Of a stretch of DNA of 50,234 nucleotides, positions 36,601 to 44,539 are shown one piece after another. Below the pieces are notes generated by a model. The model did no database searches and had not been told where the DNA came from. It saw nothing but the letters and a program-made list of their open reading frames with translations. Numbering within the stretch: position 1 is the first letter of the stretch; every line of letters starts with the position of its first letter. A program made the translations under genes and the position numbers. Location: positions 1,431 through 51,664 of the forward strand of contig JBMLRK010000446.1 in the NCBI GenBank assembly GCA_049241065.1, in the 5' to 3' direction. This DNA comes from Spirosomataceae bacterium. GTDB lineage: Bacteria; Bacteroidota; Bacteroidia; Cytophagales; Spirosomataceae.

Positions 36601-36894
36601 AGCTGTTCTGGACTTCACTGCTTCCTTCTTTGTCTTGTATCCAATACTCGAAAATGATAATATATGGTTAGGATTCGACATTCTAATGATGAAGTTTCCT
36701 TCCACATCAGATACTACTCCCTTCACAATACGATTGTCTCTATCATATTCAGCAACCGTTACTCCAACGACGGCTGTACTATCCTTTGCATCTACAATCT
36801 TCCCTCTCACGGTATGAGTATTCTGAGCTTGAGTCTTGATTATCCCAAGCATCAGTAAGACCATAGGTAGTAATAGTTTAATATAAAATTTCAT
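33625..36894 (-). CDS. SusC/RagA-family TonB-dependent transporter (no STN domain)
   Basis: 1089 aa. GKIVDAKDSTAVVGVTVAE carboxypeptidase-regulatory-like domain, plug (IRIRGTNSINGTADPMIVVDGMP) and a barrel ending in LGLSVTF. Confidence 0.92.
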   Translation of the reverse strand: MKFYIKLLLPMVLLMLGIIKTQAQNTHTVRGKIVDAKDSTAVVGVTVAEYDRDNRIVKGVVSDVEGNFIIRMSNPNHILSFSSIGYKTKKEAVKSRTALSIFLESASSDLLEVVVTGKATSNGLMNVGERSLTQAISTIDAKAVEDMQGTSIDQMLQGRLAGMDITSSSGSPGSGIQIRIRGTNSINGTADPMIVVDGMPYETATPSDFDFASADETGFAALLNVAPSDIKNISVLKDGAATALWGARASNGVVVIETKRGLEGKPRVSYTFKGSVTKEPSPIPMLNGSQYQTLIPEMYTNRFGLPIPVNFYPEFRNDPTDVYNFLNYGQNTNWIGAITQIAGAQDHNVSINGGGAKAQYFASMGYFSQQGTTIGTGLDRLNTRINLDYKVSDRIRFKTDIAFTHSYNTRNYASSETSNRDVVRAVAYKKMPNMSIYEYSEQGLLTSNYFTPRFNSQGSFPGTFNPVALVNQASNTLTSERIIPHFQLQYAITRSNEWKGTFDVQFDISNNKTQSFLPQSATGALFTDNASNYATEADYDAFGLVTKTTINYNPKWSNRKRDFNSMWVINTSDFRNIGQTAVLPNLASAGLSDVTNDGRLVSSGVTSSPSQTRTMGALWYSSLSLSEKYIFNVGLRADGTSRFGPNNRFAFFPSISGKWNVSDEKFMNRFSSFVEYLGLRASYGMSGNSPAARYNYLYYGTYFATNFGYLGEGGVIPGNPQLENLRWEKSTDRNFGLNYVSPKRKVSIDADMYWKSTRDLIFYGLQTSSVNGYSTANLNGGTMDNIGWELNVTLNPIKTKVWNVDFNFNIAHNSNILREVSEQYPNFRGTGTVNGEYKTLLKINNPFGSFYGYKYKGVYADKAATIARGKSGEPITTPDGQGVFMRFNYPKVDYIFQPGDAMYEDINNDGNINEQDIVYLGNSNPEFTGGFGGSVSYKSLRLSGFFNYRYNYDVVNRIRMTTSNMTDLSNQSTEVLRRWHKEGDVTDVPRALWSAGYNWLGSSRYVEDASFVRLKTVTLSYTFSKSVLRRLQLSSLRAYVTAENLLTFTNYTGQNPEVQLRGSDPFRIAEDNALTPIGKTVTLGLSVTF

Positions 36895-36938
36895 ATATAT
36901 AGTTGTTTTATGTCATAACTGAATTTAAGGATTCATAA

Positions 36939-39251
36939 TCAATTTAATTTCAAGTAACCATTAATTGAATGGAATAGACTTCTATTAGATAGATTATTAC
37001 TATTAGCAACATTCACATTGATAATTTTGCCCGTAGCATCTTTCAAGGTCATTGAAGATGCCGAGTTAGTTTCAATGCTCAACTTTAAAGGATCTCCTAC
37101 TGCATTTTTTAGTAATGTAGAGAAACTCCCAACTTCCCCTCCGTTCCGTACAGGAACAACATTCTGAATAACCACGTGAGCTGATACAAAATTTTCTATT
37201 AAAACTCTCTCTGGATTCGTAGTTGGAATGTATTTAGGGGTTTTAGTGGTTGTCCCTGTACTTGGTAATAAGCCTGCATTCATGGCTGCAAGTATCGCAT
37301 TATTATCAGGTATCATAAATGTATAAAAACTACCATTTGGAATAGATGTTATAGTAGCAGGGGTAGTTGTACTATTATACAGGTGTGACCCCTTTAAATA
37401 TTGTAAAAACTCATAGTACGGAGATGTCTTTGCACTTCCTAATTTCTCTAAATCTTGTAAAAAACCATCTGCACTCAATGATCCAACTGGAGCATAATTT
37501 AAAATATTGCTGTTAGTATAATAAGCAACGCCATTTGAACATTCTTTCTTAGATGCAATCGTTACAGGATTAGTAGCACCTTTAATACCTGTCGTAACTA
37601 TTTTATTATTATCAAAATAAATTGGTTCTCCATTATAAGCAATTACAGTTCCTTTTCCACTAAGATTTGTTAAATCACCATTATCATAAGGGACAACACA
37701 AGTTGCAACAATACGCCTCAAAGCATCCAAAACGGAAGCACCCTCTGTTACTGCCAAAGTAGTGGGATGAGTATAAGCCCACTCATTAAATGTGGCAGTT
37801 GCTCTTCCAGAATTATAAGTAAACCCTGCTGTCCTAAAGGCTTCATCACTAATCATAAACAAGGTAAACTTTCTTTTCGACGTAAGTAAAAATGGCGTAA
37901 TGTCCATATCTAATAACCTCTTCATGATTGAATATTTGGGATCTAAATAAACCCTCGAATAAACAGATGTAAAAAGTAATGGCTCATGTACTTTATTAAC
38001 ACCATAAAACAACCCATTACTCAACATTTTTTTCTCTACGACATCAGTAGAAGAATTAAAAGTATAAGGCTCTGAAAATACATTCGTTGAAGATTGTATT
38101 TTACTTGGCCAAATAGCAGAGCCATTCATGTGTGCATTCACCAAATCAATGATAATCCCTGGCGATACTAAGTCCAGCGATTTATAATGTTCAAGAACAA
38201 CCTCATCCAAGTACTTTTGTAAAACAGCATTAGTAGGTACAAACAAGCTGAATATATCCGACTGTGAATCTGTGCTATTAGGAGCACCTACGTTTTCGCT
38301 TGTTGGGCTAAACACAAGAAATTTGCCTGCTCCAGCAAGAGCATCAAATCGTTTAACATAAACCTTATCTGATAATCTTGTCTGATTATTATACTTTAAG
38401 GTCATTTGCTGATCTTCTTTGAAAAAAACAGCAAAACGCTCAATCAAATTTCTAAATAAACTATACTCGGTCTTCCCTTTTAAATAATCATCTACCGACT
38501 CACCAGGAACAGGAACATTATCCACTATGTGAATCATTCCGTTTTCAGCAAAAATATCTGCCTCTGTCACTTTAGAGTCCATCACATTGAATCCACTATA
38601 CGTAGTATTAGGGAAAAAGTAATTATAATCACTCGCAGTAAGCCCTTTTGTATTCATGAACTCATCGGTGAAATATGAAAGATGCTTATAATTTCTATCC
38701 TCTGTATTGAACGACCATACAACTCCATCTCTGTTAGAAGCATTAGTGCCAACTGCTTTGTAACGTTTACCATCAAAACCCACTTCATCATAATATCCTT
38801 TTGAAAAAGCGGTCTTTCTTCTAAAACCCAAACCAGGGAGTCCAGACTGCTCGCCACCTGTACCTGTGAGCGTTTTCTGAAAATCTCCAAGTTTATCCTT
38901 ACTATAAGCATTATAGACTAACATTCCTTGAACAAGTTTTTGTGCTTGAACAGAATCTAGCGTACTCAGACTGATACCAGCCTTTGTAAAATACTTCGCA
39001 AAAGCATCATCACTCGGTGCAAACAACGTCCAGTACCCCCCTGTGCTTAACACAGATTTGTATCCACTTTTGTCTATCACTTGTAGGAGTGTCTTGAAAT
39101 TGCCCTTGGTATCTAGCTGCTGATAAATAGGGGCGGCCAAACTTTCTGGTCGGTTGTAAATCTCTAAATTGTCTTTCGTGCATCCTATCAAAAGGGCAGA
39201 CAAACAACCTATCATTACTAAAAAATAACGTAAAGGGTATTGATACATCAT
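36939..39251 (-). CDS. Fasciclin (FAS1) lipoprotein with about four FAS1 repeats; first gene of the operon
   Basis: 770 aa with lipobox LLIGC. The repeats are marked by WTLFAPSDDAF...NGMIHIVDNVPVPG, FSLFVPTNAVL...NGLFYGVNKV, FTLFMISDEAF...NGVAYYT and YTFMIPDNNAI...INGYL. Confidence 0.8.
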   Translation of the reverse strand: MMYQYPLRYFLVMIGCLSALLIGCTKDNLEIYNRPESLAAPIYQQLDTKGNFKTLLQVIDKSGYKSVLSTGGYWTLFAPSDDAFAKYFTKAGISLSTLDSVQAQKLVQGMLVYNAYSKDKLGDFQKTLTGTGGEQSGLPGLGFRRKTAFSKGYYDEVGFDGKRYKAVGTNASNRDGVVWSFNTEDRNYKHLSYFTDEFMNTKGLTASDYNYFFPNTTYSGFNVMDSKVTEADIFAENGMIHIVDNVPVPGESVDDYLKGKTEYSLFRNLIERFAVFFKEDQQMTLKYNNQTRLSDKVYVKRFDALAGAGKFLVFSPTSENVGAPNSTDSQSDIFSLFVPTNAVLQKYLDEVVLEHYKSLDLVSPGIIIDLVNAHMNGSAIWPSKIQSSTNVFSEPYTFNSSTDVVEKKMLSNGLFYGVNKVHEPLLFTSVYSRVYLDPKYSIMKRLLDMDITPFLLTSKRKFTLFMISDEAFRTAGFTYNSGRATATFNEWAYTHPTTLAVTEGASVLDALRRIVATCVVPYDNGDLTNLSGKGTVIAYNGEPIYFDNNKIVTTGIKGATNPVTIASKKECSNGVAYYTNSNILNYAPVGSLSADGFLQDLEKLGSAKTSPYYEFLQYLKGSHLYNSTTTPATITSIPNGSFYTFMIPDNNAILAAMNAGLLPSTGTTTKTPKYIPTTNPERVLIENFVSAHVVIQNVVPVRNGGEVGSFSTLLKNAVGDPLKLSIETNSASSMTLKDATGKIINVNVANSNNLSNRSLFHSINGYLKLN

Positions 39252-39762
39252 TTACTTATTGTTTGATTTATACTAATTATTACTAGGGGGCTTGATTGTT
39301 ATTAGAAAATGAGGGGAAAGGATGAATCTAGCGTTGAATAATTTAGACTCCATCTATAATACTATATTTTCTTCATTACAGCCAATATCAATACAAGAAT
39401 AGCTGTTTTATAAGAAGAAACCATCCTACACCTTCATAGTTATTGTATTTTTTATATATGAAGTATAGCTATTGTAATAGATGCAAGTTTTATAAGAAAA
39501 GTCTGCAAAACAGGTATTTTAGAGATTTTATATTCAAATTAAAAGAGGTTTAAACCCAAAATATAATCGTTCTACATCCAACAATGTAAGGTTTACAAAA
39601 AATAGATACACAAAGTGTCTATACTTTATTAGCAAGAAATATAGATAATTTTACCGTACAAATGAATATTTTATCCTTATTCTTTCGTATTGTATTAAAC
39701 CTATATTCACCTTAACTTAAAAAGATAAAAGCATATTTTAGAATTATTTTACTTTTTTACAT

Positions 39763-39800
39763 AAAAAAAGGGGCTTAACTTACGTCAAACCCCTTTTTTT
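39763..39800. terminator. Bidirectional terminator immediately after tig
   Basis: AAAAAAA-GGGG-cttaacttacgtcaaa-CCCC-TTTTTTT, 17 nt after the tig stop. Confidence 0.7.
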
Positions 39801-39816
39801 ATGTAATTCTCAGCGA

Positions 39817-41148
39817 TTATGCTTGGCCTTGTGCGATTGCTTTGAAGCCTTCAAAATCAATTGATTTCACTTCTTTCTTCACATTTGCTAATACCACAGT
39901 AGCTACTTTGTCTGCATATACTTGGTTGAACAATTTCATGAAGTTATCTTGGCTATTTTTCTCTGTTAAATATCCTTGAGCGATTTTCTCAATCATCTCT
40001 TCCATTTGTGGATCAGCAGAATTTCCGTACATACCAAACTGGCTACGTACCATGTCTTTTGCTTTCTCTAACACTTCTGGATAGTCAACTTTGATTTCGT
40101 TTTTGTCAGCGATTTCATTCTTGATTAAGTTCATCGAAATATCACGTCTCACTGAATCGAAATCTGCTTCGATTTGCTCTAAGGTAAATTTACCTTCGTT
40201 CACTGCTACTAACCAGTTTTTCAAGAATTCTTCTGGTAAGTCGATTTTAACGTTGTCTAAAAGTAACTTCTCTGCATCTAAACGCATTAAGTACTCAGAC
40301 TCACGAACGTAGTTTGCTTGGATAATATCTTTTACTTCCGCTCTGAATTCTGCTTCGTTTGTAGATTTGCCTTCGCCTAATACTTTATCAAAAAATGCTT
40401 GGTCGATTTCAGCAGTTCCTTGACGAGTGATGTCTTCAATTACGAAAGATACTTCTCCTTCGATTGGTGTCTCTCCTTTTCTTCCTGTTGCTAATTCTTT
40501 TGATTTCTCATCTGTGAAAACAGCATCTACATCAAATGTCAATGTAGCATCTTTAGCAGCACCAACGAAAGTTGCTTTCGCTTCTTCTTTAATTGCTTTG
40601 AAAGGAATTGCTGATTTTTCACTCCATTCTCCTTGTGTGAATGTTCCAAAAATCATATCACCTTCTTCTACAATTTCAGCATGAATTTGCTCACCGAATT
40701 GTTTCTGTAAACCAGAAACAGCTTCTTCAACTTCTTTGTCAGTTGCCTGAATTTCGTAAGAAGTTACTGCTGGTAACGCATCAAAATCGATTGAGAAATC
40801 TCCTGCGAAACCTAATTCATACGTGAATGTAAATTCTGTTTGCGTATCAAAGTCGATAGATTCGTCACGTGTTGGCATTGGATCACCAACAATTTTCAAA
40901 TTGTTATCTTTGATATATGATTGAACCGCTTTACTTAACACAGTATTAACTTCCTCAATTAATGCTGGCTTACCGTACATTTTCTTAATCATTCCTTCTG
41001 GAACCATTCCTGGACGGAAACCTTTAATATTGGCACGCTTACGATAGTCTTTTAATACTTTATCAACTTGTGGTTTATAATCAGCTTCTACAAGCGTGAT
41101 AACTAATTTACCGTTTACTGGAGTGCTTTTTTCGAGAGAAATGTTCAT
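39817..41148 (-). CDS. tig: Trigger factor
   Basis: 443 aa with the N-terminal ribosome-binding signature GFRPGMVP. The overall acidic three-domain pattern is typical of Tig. Confidence 0.95.
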   Translation of the reverse strand: MNISLEKSTPVNGKLVITLVEADYKPQVDKVLKDYRKRANIKGFRPGMVPEGMIKKMYGKPALIEEVNTVLSKAVQSYIKDNNLKIVGDPMPTRDESIDFDTQTEFTFTYELGFAGDFSIDFDALPAVTSYEIQATDKEVEEAVSGLQKQFGEQIHAEIVEEGDMIFGTFTQGEWSEKSAIPFKAIKEEAKATFVGAAKDATLTFDVDAVFTDEKSKELATGRKGETPIEGEVSFVIEDITRQGTAEIDQAFFDKVLGEGKSTNEAEFRAEVKDIIQANYVRESEYLMRLDAEKLLLDNVKIDLPEEFLKNWLVAVNEGKFTLEQIEADFDSVRRDISMNLIKNEIADKNEIKVDYPEVLEKAKDMVRSQFGMYGNSADPQMEEMIEKIAQGYLTEKNSQDNFMKLFNQVYADKVATVVLANVKKEVKSIDFEGFKAIAQGQA

Positions 41149-41251
41149 TGTTAGTTGAGCTTCGCTTAAATTTCGTTTTGAATTAATTAATTAGCTGTTA
41201 GCTAGAAATTACACGACTGTGGTTCTGTGGAAGAAAACGTGTAATTTTAAA

Positions 41252-41293
41252 ATCAAAAAAGCCCCCAAAACCTTATTGGTTGAGAGGGCTTTG
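41252..41293 (-). terminator. Terminator after tRNA-Leu
   Basis: Minus strand: AGCCC..CAACC-aataa-GGTTTTG..GGGCT followed by 6 T. Confidence 0.6.
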
Positions 41294-41301
41294 AAAAAAA
41301 G

Positions 41302-41383
41302 TACGGGCGGAGGGACTCGAACCCCCATGCCTCACGGCGCCAGATCCTAAGTCTGGTATGTCTACCAATTCCACCACGCCCGC
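41302..41383 (-). tRNA. tRNA-Leu (anticodon UAG), class II with a long variable arm; CCA not encoded
   Basis: The hand fold gives: acceptor GCGGGCG/CGCCCGU; D-arm GUG-GAAUUGGUAGA-CAU; anticodon stem CCAGA/UCUGG with loop CUUAGGA; variable arm GCC-gtga-GGC; T-arm GGGGG-UUCGAGU-CCCUC; discriminator A. Confidence 0.9.
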
Positions 41384-41400
41384 TTGACGTTTTGGAGTCA

Positions 41401-41408
41401 CAAAGGTA
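41401..41408 (-). promoter_or_regulatory. Candidate -7 box (TACCTTTG) for tRNA-Leu
   Basis: Exact TAnnTTTG match ending 18 nt upstream of the mature tRNA 5' end. Confidence 0.4.
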
Positions 41409-41608
41409 GTAGCTTTTTTTTTCAATGCAATAACTTTCAATGAAAATTTTTAAAATATTTTATAATTACCTGATAAACAATTAATTATTTTTTAAAATAA
41501 TTTCTCTAAAAGTAATTAACCTTCAATTCATTCAACTATTCGCTGGGTCTATCAGGTAAAACCCGTTAGTATTTTCAAGAATGAATCATGAAAAAGCACT
41601 ATAAACAG

Positions 41609-41616
41609 TATATTTG
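41609..41616 (+). promoter_or_regulatory. Candidate -7 box (TATATTTG) for the small-ORF/SSS/epimerase operon
   Basis: Exact TAnnTTTG match. It lies 5 nt before the ORF-track ATG (41621), so it argues for the internal Met at 41675 as the start. Confidence 0.4.
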
Positions 41617-41674
41617 AAGGATGAACGAGTATTTCGTCCTCCTTTTTATCAACAAAGTCAATTGTTTAATCGAA

Positions 41675-41803
41675 ATGAAAGAAGAAAAAGATAAGTCCCT
41701 CCCTCCCTTTGTCAAATCATGGCAACAACTCTATTGGATATTGGTTATCAACCTTATCCTCATGATTTTGTTCTTCTATGGATTTAGCCAGTATTTCGGC
41801 TAA
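41675..41803 (+). CDS. Possible 42-aa single-TM protein preceding the symporter
   Basis: MKEEKDKSLPPFVKSWQQLYWILVINLILMILFFYGFSQYFG: charged N-terminus plus one TM helix. It ends 29 nt before the SSS gene. No family recognised. Confidence 0.35.
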   Translation: MKEEKDKSLPPFVKSWQQLYWILVINLILMILFFYGFSQYFG

Positions 41804-41832
41804 TTTCTCATCGCTCAAACTAAAATACATTT

Positions 41833-43515
41833 ATGAATCAAATCGACTGGTTAGTATTAGGATTAACCCTCAGTGGTATTGTTGGCTTTGGCTTATGGAA
41901 GGGTCGTTCTTCTAAAAAAAATATTGAAGGCTTTTTGCTGGCAGACCGCCAACTTCCGTGGTATCATGTTACGCTTTCGGTAATGGCCACCCAAGCGAGT
42001 GCCATTACATTTTTATCTGCTCCAGGACAAGCTTATACCGATGGAATGCGTTTTGTGCAGTTTTATTTTGGACTTCCCTTAGCCATGATTGTCTTATCGG
42101 TGACGTTTATTCCGATGTTCAAAAAGATGCAGGTTTACACAGCGTATGAATTCTTAGAAGGACGCTTTGACCTTAAAACAAGGGTACTAACTTCCTTATT
42201 ATTCCTCATCCCGAGAGCCTTATCGACAGGGGTTACGATTGCAGCACCTTCTATTATCTTATCAACGATTTTGGGCTGGGATTTATATTGGACAAACATC
42301 ATGACGGGAACAATCGTGACACTCTACTGTATGTTTGGCGGTTCAAAAACGATTTCTTATACCCAAATGCAACAAATGTTTGTGGTACTAGTCGGAATGT
42401 TTTTGGCTGGTTATATGGTTGTCCATTTATTACCTGCTGAAATGGGTTTTGTGGATACCCTAAAAGTGGCAGGAAAAATGGGTAAACTCAATGTGATTGA
42501 CTGGAAATTTGACCTTACTAATCGTTACAATGTCTGGTCAGGTCTGATTGGTGGCTTCTTTTTACAATTGTCTTATTTTGGGACAGACCAGTCACAGGTA
42601 GGTCGTTACCTTTCGGGGGAATCGGTTGGTGAAAGTCGCCTAGGATTACTAATGAATGGTATTTTGAAAATACCTATGCAGTTTTTAATCCTTCTGGTTG
42701 GCACATTAGTTTTTGTATTTTACCAATTTCACGAAGCTCCTCTATTTTTCAACCAAACTGAATTATCGAAAGTTAGTAGTACATCCGAATATCAACAAAT
42801 TGAGGATCATAACAAACAACTTTTTGAGCAAAAACAAGCAGCAGTATATCGTTTATCTTCAGCGTTAAAAAGTGGCAATGCTCAGGAAATTGAAACGGCT
42901 AAAACGACTGTTTTAGGTATTGATAAGCAAGTGAACGGGCTACGAGACAAGGTTAAAACCTTAATCAAGAAAAACGATGAACACGCAGAAACCAACGATA
43001 CCAATTATATTTTCCTTTCGTTTGTAACCAAATATTTACCCGTAGGCATGGTCGGTTTACTAATTGCGGTCATTCTATTAGCTTCCATGGGTTCAATGGC
43101 ATCGGCTTTTAGTTCTTTAACTTCTTGTACGATTGTCGATGTTTACAAACGCCTTCTTAACCCTAATGCGTCCGATAGCCATTATTTGGCAACTTCTCGT
43201 TTGGTGACCTTAGGATGGGGAATTTTCTGTATTATTGTGGCACAATTTGCCGCTAACCTAGGCAGCTTAATTGAGGCCGTGAACATTCTAGGCTCTTGGT
43301 TTTATGGAACAATTCTAGGCGTTTTTTTAGTAGCTTTCTATTTCCGAAAAATCCATGGAGATGCCGTATTTTGGGCAGCAATTCTAGCCGAAGTGTTTGT
43401 CATTTATGCTTGGTGGATAGACCTCACGGCATTCTTATGGCTCAATCTAATTGGCTGTGTTTTGGTTATCCTTTTTGCTTATTTTTTCAATCTATTCAAG
43501 AAAACAACGTACTAA
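41833..43515 (+). CDS. Sodium:solute symporter (SSS) family transporter with a hydrophilic ~85-aa internal insert
   Basis: 560 aa with multiple TM helices and SSS-type N-terminal organisation. The insert FNQTELSKVSS...NDTNYIF (about 42751..43005) is charged and predicted helical. Confidence 0.88.
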   Translation: MNQIDWLVLGLTLSGIVGFGLWKGRSSKKNIEGFLLADRQLPWYHVTLSVMATQASAITFLSAPGQAYTDGMRFVQFYFGLPLAMIVLSVTFIPMFKKMQVYTAYEFLEGRFDLKTRVLTSLLFLIPRALSTGVTIAAPSIILSTILGWDLYWTNIMTGTIVTLYCMFGGSKTISYTQMQQMFVVLVGMFLAGYMVVHLLPAEMGFVDTLKVAGKMGKLNVIDWKFDLTNRYNVWSGLIGGFFLQLSYFGTDQSQVGRYLSGESVGESRLGLLMNGILKIPMQFLILLVGTLVFVFYQFHEAPLFFNQTELSKVSSTSEYQQIEDHNKQLFEQKQAAVYRLSSALKSGNAQEIETAKTTVLGIDKQVNGLRDKVKTLIKKNDEHAETNDTNYIFLSFVTKYLPVGMVGLLIAVILLASMGSMASAFSSLTSCTIVDVYKRLLNPNASDSHYLATSRLVTLGWGIFCIIVAQFAANLGSLIEAVNILGSWFYGTILGVFLVAFYFRKIHGDAVFWAAILAEVFVIYAWWIDLTAFLWLNLIGCVLVILFAYFFNLFKKTTY

Positions 43516-43516
43516 C

Positions 43517-44386
43517 ATGCTAACGCTTGAAAACGCTATTTTACGTGTCACCATTAACCCAAAAGGGGCAGAATTAACGAGTATTTTTCACAAAGAAAAC
43601 GGGATTGACTATTGTTGGAGTGCAGACGCTGCTTTCTGGGGAAAATCTTCGCCCGTGTTGTTTCCCATTGTGGGGGCTTTAAAAGAAAACACCTATACAT
43701 TTGATGGAAAAAGCTATTCACTTCCTCGTCATGGTTTTGCAAGAGATTATGTATTTGAAGTCGAAAAACAAGAAGTTGATAGCCTAACCTTTTTGTTGAA
43801 AAGCAATGTTGATACCTTAGCTATATTCCCTTTCGAGTTTGAGTTCCGTTTACGTTATACGTTAACAAACAATCAACTATCTGTAAGTTATCTCGTGAGC
43901 AATAAGGGAGAAAATACCCTTTACTTTTCAGTAGGTGGGCACCCTGCCTTTGCTGTTCCCCTAACAGAAGATACGACTTACAACGATTATTTTCTTGAGT
44001 TTAATCAACAAGAAACCTTTGCTCGTTGGCCATTGGCAGACGGTGGTTTGATTGGTCTAAATCCAGAAACGATATTGGATGAAACAACAAAAATGCCTCT
44101 TAGCAAAGAACTTTTCTACGAAGATGCGTTAGTTTTTAAGGGCTTAAAATCAACTAATATTGTCTTGAAATCGGATAAAACGAAGCATCAATTGAGCTTT
44201 GATTTTGAAGGTTTTCCTTTCTTAGGAATTTGGGCAGCCAAAGATGCCAACTTTGTGTGTATCGAACCGTGGTGTGGTATTGCGGATAGCGAAAATCATA
44301 ATCAGGAGTTGACTCAGAAAGAAGGTATTGAAATGCTTGAGGTAAATAAGACCTTTGAACGAACTTGGTCGGTAAGCGTGAGTTAA
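43517..44386 (+). CDS. Aldose 1-epimerase (mutarotase)-family protein (start moved to MLTLEN)
   Basis: 289 aa. SPVLFPIVGAL...LPRHGFARD...GGHPAF motifs of the LacX/YihR-like mutarotase fold. The ATG lies 1 nt after the symporter stop. The longer ORF start overlaps the SSS gene. Confidence 0.82.
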   Translation: MLTLENAILRVTINPKGAELTSIFHKENGIDYCWSADAAFWGKSSPVLFPIVGALKENTYTFDGKSYSLPRHGFARDYVFEVEKQEVDSLTFLLKSNVDTLAIFPFEFEFRLRYTLTNNQLSVSYLVSNKGENTLYFSVGGHPAFAVPLTEDTTYNDYFLEFNQQETFARWPLADGGLIGLNPETILDETTKMPLSKELFYEDALVFKGLKSTNIVLKSDKTKHQLSFDFEGFPFLGIWAAKDANFVCIEPWCGIADSENHNQELTQKEGIEMLEVNKTFERTWSVSVS

Positions 44387-44503
44387 GTAGTTGTCAGTTT
44401 AAAGTTTAATGTTCAAAGATTTCTATAAGCCACTATTATCTAATGGTTTATGCTATATCTTGAAACAAAAATAACATAAACCACTTATCAACGAGTACTT
44501 AAA
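44383..44503. mobile_element. MITE-like intergenic repeat, copy B (~120 bp)
   Basis: Collinear with 1900..2000. The ends TTAAGTAGTTG and CAACGAGTACTTAA are imperfect inverted repeats (9/11). The left end contains the epimerase stop codon TAA (44384..44386). Confidence 0.45.
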
Positions 44504-44539
44504 GCTATCATGCTCTATTTTCGCTGTTAATGGTTATAT

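Noticed and set aside
23474-39816. Whether the FAS1/SusCD block is a mobile genetic element (ICE, transposon or genomic island with att sites)
   Set aside because: No integrase, transposase, relaxase or conjugation gene is present. I could find no direct or inverted repeats at the two boundaries. The tRNA-Leu is on the far side of tig, not at the junction. I therefore describe it only as a synteny-breaking insertion, not as a mobile element.
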